This document shows positions 29,766 to 47,681 of a DNA stretch of 64,000 nt, one piece after another. The translations under genes were made by a program, and so were the position numbers. This DNA comes from Eledone cirrhosa (lineage: Eukaryota), in assembly GCA_964016885.1 (NCBI GenBank), contig OZ024740.1, positions 111,290,001 to 111,354,000 on the forward strand. Direction: 5' to 3'. How positions within the stretch are numbered: position 1 is the first letter of the stretch; every line of letters begins with the position of its first letter. Under the pieces are notes generated by a model that was not told where the DNA came from, made no database searches, and worked only from the letters and a program-made list of their open reading frames with translations.

Positions 29766-30890
29766 GCAATCCTTTTCTATTGGACAGGAAATTTACTAAT
29801 CACTAGAAAATTGGCAGAGAAATTAGAAGACTTAACCATGCAGTTCGGACAGTGTGTCAAAAGACGTTGTTTCTATAATATGAGGAAAAGAGTAATGTAG
29901 TAATATTTGAAAAATTAACCTCCGTTGATTTCGACGATGAGTGTTCCCACTGTAAGCTAAACGTAACGATCTATTAACGGGTAATTAGGTGAGCATTTCG
30001 CCGCAGACACTTGTACTCAACAAAATTACTAGAAGACTCAGCATGACATAGTGAGTAACAAGACAGAATCTTTACATTACATATACAGTCCATCCAACAG
30101 GCTGCCACACAGTTTACGATCACCCAATTTTACTTACGATGCTCTAGACTTTTCAACTCTCCCCGTCCGACAGGGAGATCTCCCACCCACTTTGAGGTGG
30201 GTGAGAAATGTTAAAATGGGTTTAGCTTTCATTATGTAAAATCTCACCATTTTGTCTCATTTCTCCCCGTTTTGGAGAACTTTATTTCATGGTACTTCTC
30301 GTTTAGGTTTTACAGGTTGGCAGGTCTGATGGTCACCGGACTCTCATAATTGTGAAGTGAAATCTTCAACATCGGCCATGCCTACGTCCATTAAATTCAA
30401 AGAGATAGACGTAGGAACAATTTTGTTATTTAGCTCAGGTTAGATACTGATTGGATAAACCTGTAATCAATGACATTCAATCTATGTTCATATATTAATA
30501 CCCCCTATGTCTCCCTCTCTCTACCTCCTTATCTCTGTCGCTCTCTTTCTAGTTTTCTCTCTCCCTCTTGTGTTGTTATTTCTGTTTACCTTTTACATAC
30601 ACACACACATATATATATATATATATCAACGCTTACGTGGACCTCTCAAAATTCGTTGGATTTTCTGATTGGACTTTCATATCGAAACTGGATACCAACC
30701 CGGAGTACACCTCAACTTCCACCAGGAAATCTTTCGTATCTTTGAAATATTCTTTGCTCTACTACAATCTGCTTACACCACCTTTTCTCACCCGTCTATT
30801 TTTCACCCCACCCTAGTACCGTCAATATTTTTATCTAAAGACATTTTTTTCCATTTCCATCCCACCCGTCCCCTCAATCTATTTTATTTA

Positions 30891-30934
30891 TCATTCTTTC
30901 TTCTGATGAAGGACTAGCGTCCGAAATGTTATGA
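30891..30934 (+). ncRNA. Decayed minimal hammerhead ribozyme in a Penelope pLTR remnant (about 30650-31020)
   Basis: CTGATGA-a-ggac-tagc-gtcc-GAAA-tgt-TA; the helix III palindrome acgt appears mutated to atgt; helix I is weak. Confidence 0.6.
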
Positions 30935-31087
30935 CCCTCTTCCTGCTATATCAAGCGTTAACGTAATATATACCTTCCATATACTGTACTGATTGTGTTG
31001 TTATTTCTGTTTACCTTTTACATACATATATATATGTATATATATTCGTCTATTAAACTAACTCTCTATATATATTTATATAAACTG

Positions 31088-31200
31088 TATGGTGGTTGGA
31101 GAATTGGATTCGCAATCGTGATGTTGTGGGTTCAATTTCCAGACAGGTCGATGCGTTATATCCTTCAGCAAGATACTTTACTTCACGTGCTCCTTCGGTC
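31088..31200 (+). mobile_element. Degenerate tRNA-derived SINE of a second family (V-domain-like)
   Basis: tggtggttggagaattggattcgcaatcgtgatgttgtgggttcaatttcc...tccttcagcaagatactttac. Confidence 0.5.
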
Positions 31201-31446
31201 AGAATTTGCGACCGGTATATAATATTACCAATTGGAATAACCAATGGAAACATTGTTTCCTCGGTCCGATTTGACAAGCTCCACGCCACACCTTTAGCGA
31301 ATGAGGTCTGGGTTCTTGTCTATCGACTGTCGATATATATATATATATATAAATATATATATCAATTTGTGCCAATTATTAATGTTCGATATAACCCATA
31401 CGTACATATGTATATGTATATATATATGTGTGTGTGCGTGTGTGTG

Positions 31447-31483
<37 letters not shown>

Positions 31484-32280
31484 GTGTGTATGTATGTATG
31501 TACGTATGCATTCTTACACTTACGTACCAGCTGTGCTAGAGCGAGAAAAAATTCTAATTTTATTTATACATTTATATCTTAAATTGTCTTTTCATTCACA
31601 TAAACACACAGAGGTTCAAGCACATATACATATGTTTGTAAACGCATACGGATACTTAGGCACACACAGGTACATGTAGGCGCAAATGCATATACATGTA
31701 TAGATACACAAGCACATACACATGCACACATACGTCAATTTGCATCGACAAGCATATACACAGATTACATTTTCTACTCATTTCCCCTTCTCATACTCAT
31801 TCAGTCTCTCTCTTATCTGTCCCTTTTTTCCCACTCCCGTCTTTTCATTATAACTCCCACTGCTACTATGTCATTGAAAGCAGACGATAGAAGCGTTGTT
31901 CGTTCTTCCAGGTTATGGTACCCCGAGGAGAATGAAATTTGTCTTACCACTCGACATGACCCCCTCATAAAGCAAAATATATTTGATTGAGGAACAGTTT
32001 CATTCCCTTGGGATGATATGTGATGATGTCCATTTCATCTCCTTCTTTGGAATAGGGGTCAGATAAAGGAAAGACGTAGAAGGGATTCAACAAACCGATT
32101 GAATAGTACTGCCTTCTTTCTTTTTACTCACTCTCCTTTCTTCAATGTAACCTCTTTCTTTTTCTTTCTCCCAAATACAAACAGACACACACATATGTTG
32201 AGTGTATAATATATAATATATACATTAATATCCATCTATCTATCCATTTCACTCTCTCTCTATATATATATTCCCCCCTG

Positions 32281-32281
<1 letters not shown>

Positions 32282-32347
<66 letters not shown>

Positions 32348-32499
32348 ACACAGACATACACACACACACACACATACACACACATACATACACGCATGCA
32401 TGCATGCATACATACATACATTCATACATACATACATACATACATACATACATACATACATACATACACAATACTCGAAATTAAGAGAAAGAGATAACA

Positions 32500-32580
<81 letters not shown>
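32282..32580. repeat. Compound (CA)n/(CATA)n/(TA)n microsatellite
   Basis: Direct reading. Confidence 0.95.
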
Positions 32581-32585
<5 letters not shown>

Positions 32586-32724
32586 AATAGGATATGTGTT
32601 CTTTCACGCACAAGGCGCTAAGGTACGCATGTATTGTCCAACCAAATGCCAGTGTGGTTCAATGGCAGGTTAATAAATTAACGAGCCAGAACAAATAAAC
32701 AAGGTTTAGCAAATAATGAAAAAG

Positions 32725-33583
32725 TATAGCGAGAGTACTGGGTTGTATGAATGTAACAAAACGAGACATGGTTTGTGTGTATAATATTGAATTAACAATG
32801 GTAGATAGTATAGTTGACATGTCAAAGAAATAGATGATAGAATGAAACAAAGTTAGTCGTTACCGTTTTGATTGCCAGGCAAACGCGGCTGGCAGAGGGC
32901 GCCTGGCTAAGGCCAGCCAGGCGCCGGAAGGCCAAATGAGAGGCAGAGCCAAATGAGAGAGTGAGAACTTAAAGTTGTTAGTTTTATAGGGTTCTGACCG
33001 GAAGTTACAGAAAGGGTTCTACTTCCCGTCTAGATGTTAATCCAAACAAGGGAGACAACCGCTACATAACCTCCCGCCAGAATTTTAGAATATAAAAATC
33101 GAATTGAAATATGTAGCAAGTTGGCGAGAATGTTGTAACAGGCATGAAAATTACGACAAAAGAATGTTTGCAAAAATCAATGATAGATATCAAGGTAGTA
33201 AAGTAAGAGAAGGGCTCGAAGTTCAAATGTACAAAATATAGTTCACAGGTGTGCAATCACATGACAGCAGGAAAGAAAGTGTGTTCCAGAGAATGAATGC
33301 AGGTGGTCTCTGTTCTGTGGTATATCGTGAAATTTCCAACCTCCGAATGGATTTTCTCACAGGAAGAGTGCTGCAAAAATAAATTCTCTGGCTTTGGTTG
33401 TTGGTGAAGCTGTGTTGATGTATTGCTGTTGCTGTTGCTGCTGCTGTTGCTGTTATATTGCTGTTGCTGTTGCTGCTGCTGTTGCTGTTGCTGCTGTATT
33501 GCTGTTGCTGTTGCTGTTGCTGCTGTATTGCTGTTGCTGTTGCTGCTGTATTGCTGTTGCTGCTGCTGTTGCTGTTATATTGC

Positions 33584-33615
<32 letters not shown>

Positions 33616-34951
33616 TTGCTGCTGCTGTTGCTGCTGTATTGCTGTTGCTGCTGTATTGCTGTTGCTGTTATATTGCTGTTGCTGTTGCTGCTGCTGTTGT
33701 CTCGCTGAGTGAGCGTATTCGGTGTTTAAATTCACAGTAAAAAAAAATTTTTTTTTTTTTAGAAAAAATGAGTTGCGCAAAATGCTAGAAATAGCAGCCG
33801 AAGTTGATGGTCGATGTTGAGAATGCGTTGACCTGGAAGGGTCAAGAGGCCAGCGACCAAAGAAATAAGCATTCTGAATAAATGCGCAGTTTTCAACGGC
33901 AAATTTACGTAGTACATTTTAAAACCAGCAAATAGGAGAATATAGCTTAAGGCTGAAGAATCCTTGGCGAGAAACGATATCTCTGGCGTGCGGCTATCTC
34001 TGTGAGTCGAGACATCTCTGTGAGTCGAGAATTTGTGCTGCCTACACGTGCCAATACAAGGTTGAAAAAATAATATTTCTAACGCGCGAGAAAATGATAG
34101 TGCAATTTTGAAAGTGACAATGATGAGAAAGAAAGGCTTCACTCAGCATAATTATTGGTGTGAACTTTGGAAAAAAAACTTGAACGATGAAGAAAACGAT
34201 GAAAAAAAAGGCAATGGTTCATCGAAAATAAATGTTTTTTAAAGAATATCAAATTTCTTTTTTTTTTTTTCGTTTTGAAAGAGTTCGTTGTAAGAAACGA
34301 GAAACATATATATATATCGTGAAATGTTTTTTATTTTTTTTTGTTTTGAAAGTGTTCGTTGTAAGAAACGAGAATATATATCGTGAAATGCGACAGTTAG
34401 TTGATGCGTGAGAGAAAAAGTCTGTCTGAACGCGAATTCCACATGTGCGTGTGTCCGTTTCTTTGAGTATTTTCATAGTTTGTCGATAAATTTGCTGTGT
34501 ATTCGTAATGTTACCCACACAACTCCAGAATCTGCTATCTTTTTCTTTTTTCGGGGTGACCACTTATAGCGATGAACGGCTGCGTGTTCGTATCACGTCA
34601 GGGTCACCAGTATAGCGAGAATACTGGGTTGTATGAATGTAACAAGGAATACATTGTTTGTGTGTATAATATTGAATTAACAATGGTAGATAGTATAGTT
34701 GACATGTCAAAGAAATAGATGATAGAATGAAACAAAGTTAGTCGTTACCGTTTTGATTGCCAGGCAAACGCGGCTGGCAGAGGGCGCCTGGCTAAGGCCA
34801 GCCAGGCGCCGGAAGGCCAAATGAGAGGCAGAGCCAAATAAGAGAGTGAGAACTTAAAGTTGTTAGTTTTATAGGGTTCTGACCGGAAGTTACAGAAAGG
34901 GTTCTACTTCCCGTCTAGATGTTAATCCAAACAAGGGAGACAACCGCTACA
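32725..34951 (-). mobile_element. Non-autonomous LTR retrotransposon (Gypsy-like): LTRs 34611-34951 (5') and 32725-33066 (3'), tRNA-Trp PBS, PPT, 4-bp TSD AAAG
   Basis: Two near-identical about 340-bp direct repeats with TGTAGCG...CGCTATA termini (minus strand). PBS TGGTGACCCTGACGTGAT at 34592-34609; PPT GGCGGGAGG at 33070-33078. AAAG lies on both sides, and the intact target is visible in the neighbouring 481-bp units. Confidence 0.9.
33422..33700. repeat. Compound (CTG/TTG)n microsatellite inside the LTR element
   Basis: Direct reading; the poly-Q/C/L ORFs are by-products of the repeat. Confidence 0.9.
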
Positions 34952-36691
<1,740 letters not shown>

Positions 36692-36695
36692 ATAT

Positions 36696-38290
36696 AGTAA
36701 TAATAATAAAATTGAAGACTACAATCCAAAGAGGGCTCGATAAGGAAAATATAAATCAAATATATAAGAGCCGTAGAGCAAATATTTATTCAAATAACAG
36801 ATTAAAGTTTAAGCAAAGAATCGCTGCTTTCACCCTTAACGGGATCTTCTGAAACTAACAAAGTCAATCTGTAAACGCAGAACTTGATATTTCAAAAAAC
36901 GTTGCAACCGGAGGAAGACAGGAAGACGATACTTTGGTTCGTGGTAACGTTCGCTGGCAAAGAACGGGAAAAACAATTACGCACAAAGACAGAACCACGT
37001 TTATGGTATAAAAGAGGTCGTAGACTAATGTTCTCTTAGGTGGTTCATAGAGACGTTCTCTGGCAATGAACGAAAAAACGAAGATAATGAGTCATATGTG
37101 GACCGTGGAGAACAATAGCACGCAAAGACAAAACCACGTAAATGGTATAGCAGAAGTCGTAGACTAAAATTCTAACTAGGAGACCAAATGAATCTCCGCT
37201 ACAGAGTTAAGAACAAAGTAAATAAATACAATACAGAAGTAATAGAAACAAATAAATAAATACACGCAAACAGATACGTACATACACAAGCATACGCAAA
37301 ACCTTACCATAGGTATACAAAACCACGCACATATAAATATGTGTGTGTGTGTGTATGCTTGTGTACAAATAAATAAATAAACGTATATAAGTAAATAAAT
37401 ACGTATATATCAAGCGCACACGCATACCTATATATAAATACACGAATGTTCGGAGACGTAAGTCAACTAAAACAAGAAGTACACATATACACACACCCGC
37501 CATACGTACGAACCTGCATACTCACGCAGACGCAAAACTCCCGTATACACATAGCCAAACCCTAAATACCAGAATATGTAAAAATTATACGCCATAACAG
37601 TCAAATATACGTACGAGAAGGTATACATACCTTCACAAAACATACGGGTAATATATACTTACCTATGCAAATAAGTAAAGGAATAAACAAAACAAATACT
37701 TAGCTCCCACATCAAGACGTAAAATATCCACGTATAGATCGTGCTATCCGTTAGGGTATAACGTGGGGCTGTAATACAGGAAAGTTTTGTGCAATTTATG
37801 TTTACAAGCCGAAATTGCCTCAGATTTTTTGTTTAAGATGTGGTCTGTGGCGTAGAGTATTTCCAGGGCCTCAACGGCGCAGAGGTCACATGGTCTTTTA
37901 TTTCCGTTATACGATCTAGCCCTAGCTAGGATCTCCCAGTGTAACTTATATTGGGTGTGGTTGTCTTTTAGACTCCACATATAAGCTGAAAGTGACGTCA
38001 TATTCCTTCTTAGAGGGTAACGAAAAGAATGGGTATGCATGTAAAGACGCTGCTTGAAACTATTGGCGGTTAACCCTATGTAGGCCCTACGGGACGTGGG
38101 TGTTACAACCTTACATTTGTAGACAATGTTACTAGAGAGGCATTTCCCGGATAGGGGCAATCAGCCCGATTCCTACAATTACAGTTAGTACTAACTAGAG
38201 GGTTGCACGTGTTCCTACGGCTAGGTAGTTTAGCTAAATTTGAAGCTGTGATGTTATGTGCAATGTTAGGAGTCGTAGAGTAAGAAATTA
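36696..38290 (-). mobile_element. 5'-truncated Naiad-type Penelope element (GIY-YIG end + pLTR), same family as 59594-63435
   Basis: ORF 37744-38160 NIVYKCKV...AYIGLTANSFKQRLYMH...CDLC...NKKSE...CKH; near-identical to 59594-61210. Confidence 0.9.
36806..36856 (-). ncRNA. Hammerhead with a CAGAAGA (U4A) core; also at 59703-59753, 62948-62998, 63508-63558 (-) and 63365-63415 (+, extra C3U)
   Basis: agttt-CAGAAGA-tccc-gttaa-gggt-GAAA-gca...tgc-TT-aaact, located in the pLTR. Confidence 0.75.
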
Positions 38291-38426
38291 TGCCCCTCGA
38301 GTCGGCTGCGACGGAATATTTATCGAATATTTCGACAGCGTAATCACCCAGATATACAGTAAATTAAACAGAATTAGGTGTAAAATTGGTATATGTATGT
38401 ATGTATATATATATATATGTAAACCT

Positions 38427-38500
<74 letters not shown>

Positions 38501-38569
38501 CAAAAAAGGTGAAATCGAAAATGCAACTGGAGTCTTATTTTTTTTTAAATATATATATTTATTTGGTTC

Positions 38570-38605
38570 CTTTACCGGTTTCGCAGTACTTCTGCTTTTC
38601 AAAAG
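38570..38605 (-). ncRNA. Minimal hammerhead with a U3-A8 core (TTGAAAA); also at 47759-47794 (-), 47867-47902 (+) and 58157-58192 (-)
   Basis: ctt-TTGAAAA-gcag-aagaa-ctgc-GAAA-ccgg-TA-aag inside a short dispersed pLTR-like repeat. Confidence 0.8.
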
Positions 38606-38809
38606 GTGAGTTGAGATGGAGAGTCTGTGGTTTTTCTCACATCTGGTTGGTCTCTGAATGTTACTTGTTTTATATGGAAAAAGTGGCTCGAAATGCCAGG
38701 TTTTTCGAGAAGTAATTTGATTGGTTTGTCAATAATTATAATAAATTTCGTGCCAGTTCGCGTGACAATAGTTCTTCAAATAAGAGGGGGGGGGGGTTGT
38801 CACAGGTTG

Positions 38810-38864
<55 letters not shown>

Positions 38865-38868
<4 letters not shown>

Positions 38869-38911
38869 CTGATGATTTGTAAAGAATGAAACAGTTCTAG
38901 TCCTGTTGAAT
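38865..38911 (+). ncRNA. Type I hammerhead in a solo pLTR fragment (38865-38995; part recurs inverted at 47995-48040)
   Basis: attc-CTGATGA-tttgtaaagaat-GAAA-cag-ttctagtc-ctg-TT-gaat. Confidence 0.8.
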
Positions 38912-38993
38912 CTCTTCTATATTAAAACTTTTTTATATTTGCTACTTTTATACTTACTTACTGTGGTTACCTCCGATTCAATCCGGAATAACG

Positions 38994-39044
<51 letters not shown>

Positions 39045-39221
39045 TAAATTAACATATTAAAGTGTAAGCAAAGAATCGCTTAAGGGTGAAAGCAGCGATT
39101 CTTTGCTTAAACTTTAATCTGTTATTTCAATAAATATTTGCTCTACGGTTCTTATATATTTGATATATATTTATCCTTATCGAGCCCTCTTTGGATTTTA
39201 GTCTTCAAATTTATTATTATT

Positions 39222-39287
<66 letters not shown>

Positions 39288-39343
39288 TAATAAAAATAAT
39301 GAATAAAAACAAAGAAACAGTTCCTTATATTAAAAAATTCATC

Positions 39344-39471
39344 ATTTTACGCTCGTTTCTAGGATAGATATGTGTGTGTTTGTATGTATATCATATAGAT
39401 CTATGTAAAATGTTTACAAACAATCGGAGGGAATATTCATACCTAGACATATATATGCTGTCTTCAGAAAT
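39344..39471 (-). ncRNA. Candidate hammerhead with an about 100-nt stem II domain
   Basis: attt-CTGAAGA-cagcatatatatg...catatctatccta-GAAA-cgagcg-TA-aaat; the stem II base pairs at 10 of 13 positions. Confidence 0.55.
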
Positions 39472-39776
39472 AATGATATTTGTTTATTGAAAAAAAACAA
39501 CAAAGATTTAATATAATAGGTCTGTTTGGGAACAGGTTTTGAATTGACCAATAGAAAAGTAGTAAGAGGTCAAGTTGATAGAATAGTAGTTTTAGAAATT
39601 TAATTTAGGAGTAGAGGAATGCAGACTTCAGTTTTGAATGGAAAGAGTATTTTGAAAGAAAAGATTACTTTGGGGATGAAAATAGGTCAAGCCGGTGAAA
39701 AGTACAGGAAAATTTGATGTTATTGAAGAATAATGCTAATGTTAAAATCTAAGGAGAATACAATGTATATATATAC

Positions 39777-39921
<145 letters not shown>

Positions 39922-41060
39922 AACAAGTAAGACCCCGACGGCTGAGCTCAAGCCGTTTCGACGGCTAATTCTAGACTGAATGAAAATTTATTCTCGTATT
40001 TAAATAGCCGAGCTTATCAAGGGGTAATTCCATATATGGTCAAAGAGACAATTACCAGGATTGGTCACATCACAAGTTAGTAGTAAATCGGTGATGGCAA
40101 ATTGGTGGGGGGAGGGGTAGCTAAACCTGCCGGTAGGAGAAAAGGGGAGTGGGGGTGGAGTAGACCCATTCATGCGTTGGTAGTGCCGGCTACAGCTGGG
40201 CGTGAGGTCAAATGGATACTGGGGAGGGGGAGGGGGAGGAATTCGAAACGGTAAGTAGAACAATGAAGGGTAAAACTATAAACAGTACTGAGAGAGAAAA
40301 AAAAAAAAAAAAAAAAGTCTGGTTACTAAGACTTAAGTCTCTCGCTATTGCTAGGCTAAAGAAATACATAAATAAATAAATAAACAAATAAAAGAATAGA
40401 TAAATAAATTAAAAAATATATATAATGAAGAATAAAATACTAAAGAGACTGCCACGAAATAATTTCACAGGGCCAGCAACCACCCAGTGCAAGAAAGTGA
40501 ACTAGTACGAGAATATAATTTAGGGTCCCGCAAAAAAATACTAGTGCTAACTCTAAGGGTACCGCCACGAAACGAAAAGTCTTATACACGCTACATGAAA
40601 GATCGTACGAAGTAAAAGTAAAGAACGGAAAATTAATACAGAAACACCCCACCCCCCCCACCCCCCAACAAAAGGGAAAAAGAAGAAAGAAATACTGGAT
40701 AAACGAGAAATTAAAGCAAAGATGCCACTAAGAAATATAGAAGGCACGGAAAAAGAGACAGCGGTCGGAGAAGGTGGCAAGTATCCGAAGTCTAACACCT
40801 CTGCTATAAAAAGCGGAGTCAGCCAAATCTATCATAGAATAGGGGAAAGAGGTGGGGTGTTGAAGCTAAAAGGGACCGAGGGGCTACCTCGAGTGGGCGA
40901 GAAAAAGACGACGACAAAGAAAAGGAACTGGGGTAGAAGGACTAGGGAGGGATGGGGGGAAGAAGGAAATATAGAGGAAGAGATAAAAGAATGTAAAAGA
41001 AGATATTACGTCTCCATTGGCAAGCAGGGGTTACCCATTACAAAATAGGCAAGTGTGGTG

Positions 41061-42870
41061 TTATAGCCCTAGTCTACCCCCCGGGTCATTATGGGGTTTG
41101 AGGGCGAGGTAAGTCCTACGTAATCGGTGTTTACATGCAGTAACCAGTTCATATTTCTTGTTTAGGAGTTGGTCCGTCGAAAACAGCATTTGTAAAGTTT
41201 CCTCCGAGCATAAATTGCACGGACGGCGTCCTCCCGTGTAAGAGTTGACTCTGGACAGTAATTTCCAAGCGAGATCATAGTTGATGTTGTTGTCCTTGAG
41301 GTCCCATATGTGGCCCGAAAGTGTAGTGGCGTGACGCCGGGCCTGGTTTCGGAAGGTATGTCTGTGTTGGTATAGCCGGGTCTTGAAGTCACATGCGGTT
41401 AATCCTATATAAGCTTTGTTGGAGGTGTCCGTGCTCACGTTGCACTGGTAGATCACATTACGGTCTCTGCATCTGTTGTCGAGGGGGCAACTGGATCTAT
41501 CAGGACAATTACACCTCCTAGTCGGCTCTCCACTGCTATTTGGGTTGTTTCTTCCATCGGAGTTGAGTTTTTTGTTGTTGGAGGAGACGATGTTTTGTGC
41601 GAAGTTAGGTGTAGTGCTGTAAGAGAGTTTGATGGTATTTTTGTTAATTATGTTGTGGTAGCGGTGTTGTGGTGGGAAGTGTTTTTCAATGAGCCTAAAG
41701 AAAATTTTCCCGATGGGAGTTGTCACCTCGGCGTTGTGGGGAGGATTGAACCATGTTACATTGCATGAGCGTCAGTGTCGCCTGCTGGTTCCGCTAATGG
41801 GAGCTGGACAGTAGGATATTTCCTCCCGGAAACCACTCCGCTTGAGGGCCTGGTTGTAGTAAGGCGCATGTTCATCGAATATCTTCTCATTAGCTGACAA
41901 ACGGGATATGCGGAGGGAGATGTTTTTGACCAGGTTGTTGGTGATGTTCCTAGGATGGTTAGATCGGCGATGGATGTAGTGCAGGTTGTCATTGGGTTTC
42001 CTGTATGGGTAGTACAGGTCATTATTGAGATCAAGGGTAACGTCCAGGAAATTAACTCGTGTCAGGGACGTTTGCAGGGTTATTTTAAATCCCCAGTCGC
42101 GGAAGAAGCTGATTAATTGTTTACGGACCCGATCTGTACTACTGGGGTTGTACCCTTTAAGGGTAAGGAGCCCATCATCACGGTACAATCCACCACCGAA
42201 AGCAGGAAACATATCGGTGAGTTTGGCTATAAGGAATAATCCTATAAGATCTGTGACCTCCGCCGAATCCGTCGGGCCCATGCAGACGTCGAAGGGTGAG
42301 TCGGGAGCTCTTTTTATCCATTTGGAGTTGTCAAAGAGTAAGACTGTCTTCCTGGCGTGGAGGATGATTTTTCTTTCCTGGTCGGTGATGGGCGCAAGTG
42401 CTTCGGCGAAGTCCAAGGCGGCAGTAAGTAGCGGTAAGGTGATTGAAGCATAGTAGCTCTCTATGTCGAACTGGATAAATTTAGTGTCTCGTTTATCCTC
42501 CATATTGCTGAACCATGAGATAACTTCCTGGGTGTTGATCCATAGGCTAAGTCGGGCGTGTTGCTTGACTTTTGGTATCACGCTGTCTAGGATTGTTTTG
42601 CTGATTCTCCCTATGTCGGACTTCGTTGGGTTTATAAGCCTGATAGATGGTTTACGGTCGAAATCGGATTTGTGGTCCTTCAGTGTGAAGTATGGTGTCC
42701 GTGGTTCTAGGGGTTCGGTGCGGTCAGCGACCCCGAGGCTGGAGGTAATTTGTTGTCCATCTCGATTGATGTCCTCGATGCATGAGTGGTTAGCCTTTTT
42801 ATAGGTGGAGTTTAGGCTGCTCCTGATCAGTGTGTGGTATCTGTCGGGGTTGACAAAGTATAGGTTCCCA
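41061..42870 (-). pseudogene. Penelope RT + GIY-YIG polyprotein, N-truncated, one in-frame TGA at 41772-41774
   Basis: KTGNLY, TLKDHK, RLINPTKSDIG, FIQFDIESYYASI, DSAEVTDLIG, GLYRDDG, FLDV, SNHP, WFNPP, KLSYS, CNC..CPL...C, VIY...YIG. Confidence 0.92.
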
Positions 42871-43148
42871 GTTTTTTCTCTCTCAGTACTGTTTATAGTT
42901 TTACCCTCCATTGTTCTACTTACCGTTTCGAAACCGTCCCCCTCCCCCTCCCCAGTATCCATTTGACCTCACGCCCAGCTGTAGCCGGCACTACCAACGC
43001 ATGAATGGGTCTACTCCACCCCCTCTCCCTTTTTCTCCTACCGGCAGGTTTAGCTACCCCTTCCCCCACCAATTTGCCATCACCGATTTACTACTAACTT
43101 GTGATGTGACCAATCCTGGTGATTGTCTCTTTGACCATATATGGAATT

Positions 43149-43241
43149 ACCCCTTGATAAGCTCGGCTATTTAAATACCAGAATAAATTTTCATTCAGTC
43201 CAGAATTAGCCGTCGAAACGGCTTGAGCTCAGCCGTCGGGG
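43149..43241 (+). ncRNA. Hammerhead with a U3-A8 core (TTGATAA) and a 54-nt stem II; second copy at 39932-40025 (-)
   Basis: acccc-TTGATAA-g-ct-cggcta...tagccg-tc-GAAA-cggct-tgagctc-agccg-TC-gggg(t). Confidence 0.8.
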
Positions 43242-43353
43242 ACTTACTTGTTCCTATTACCCACTCTACTACCCTAAGTATTGAGTACTTTGGTGCGTTA
43301 TGGTCCACCTGGTTCCTTACCACATTTCCTTCGTTATATATATATATATATAT

Positions 43354-44679
<1,326 letters not shown>

Positions 44680-44680
44680 C

Positions 44681-44763
<83 letters not shown>

Positions 44764-44864
44764 CATATATATATATACATATATATATATATACATATAC
44801 ATATATATATATATATATAAATGAAAAGTATAGAAATTATTGTAGCTTACATATACATATATAC

Positions 44865-47481
<2,617 letters not shown>

Positions 47482-47533
47482 TATATATATATATATGTAC
47501 ATATATATATATAAATATAAGTACATATATATA

Positions 47534-47626
<93 letters not shown>

Positions 47627-47681
47627 GTGAGTTTTTTTTTACAAAATGAAAAATAACCGAGGTGTCCTACACGAGTGAAAG

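Noticed and set aside
33223-33780. Poly-Gln / poly-Cys protein
   Set aside because: Translation of a CAG/CAA microsatellite inside a non-coding LTR element.
34574-34609. tRNA-Trp gene
   Set aside because: Only the 3' part, with an encoded CCA, abutting an LTR; it is a primer-derived copy.
42870-42962. Start codon and N-terminus MDTGEGEG... of the 396-aa RT ORF
   Set aside because: Derived from the inverted pLTR fused at the truncation point; the true N-terminus is missing.
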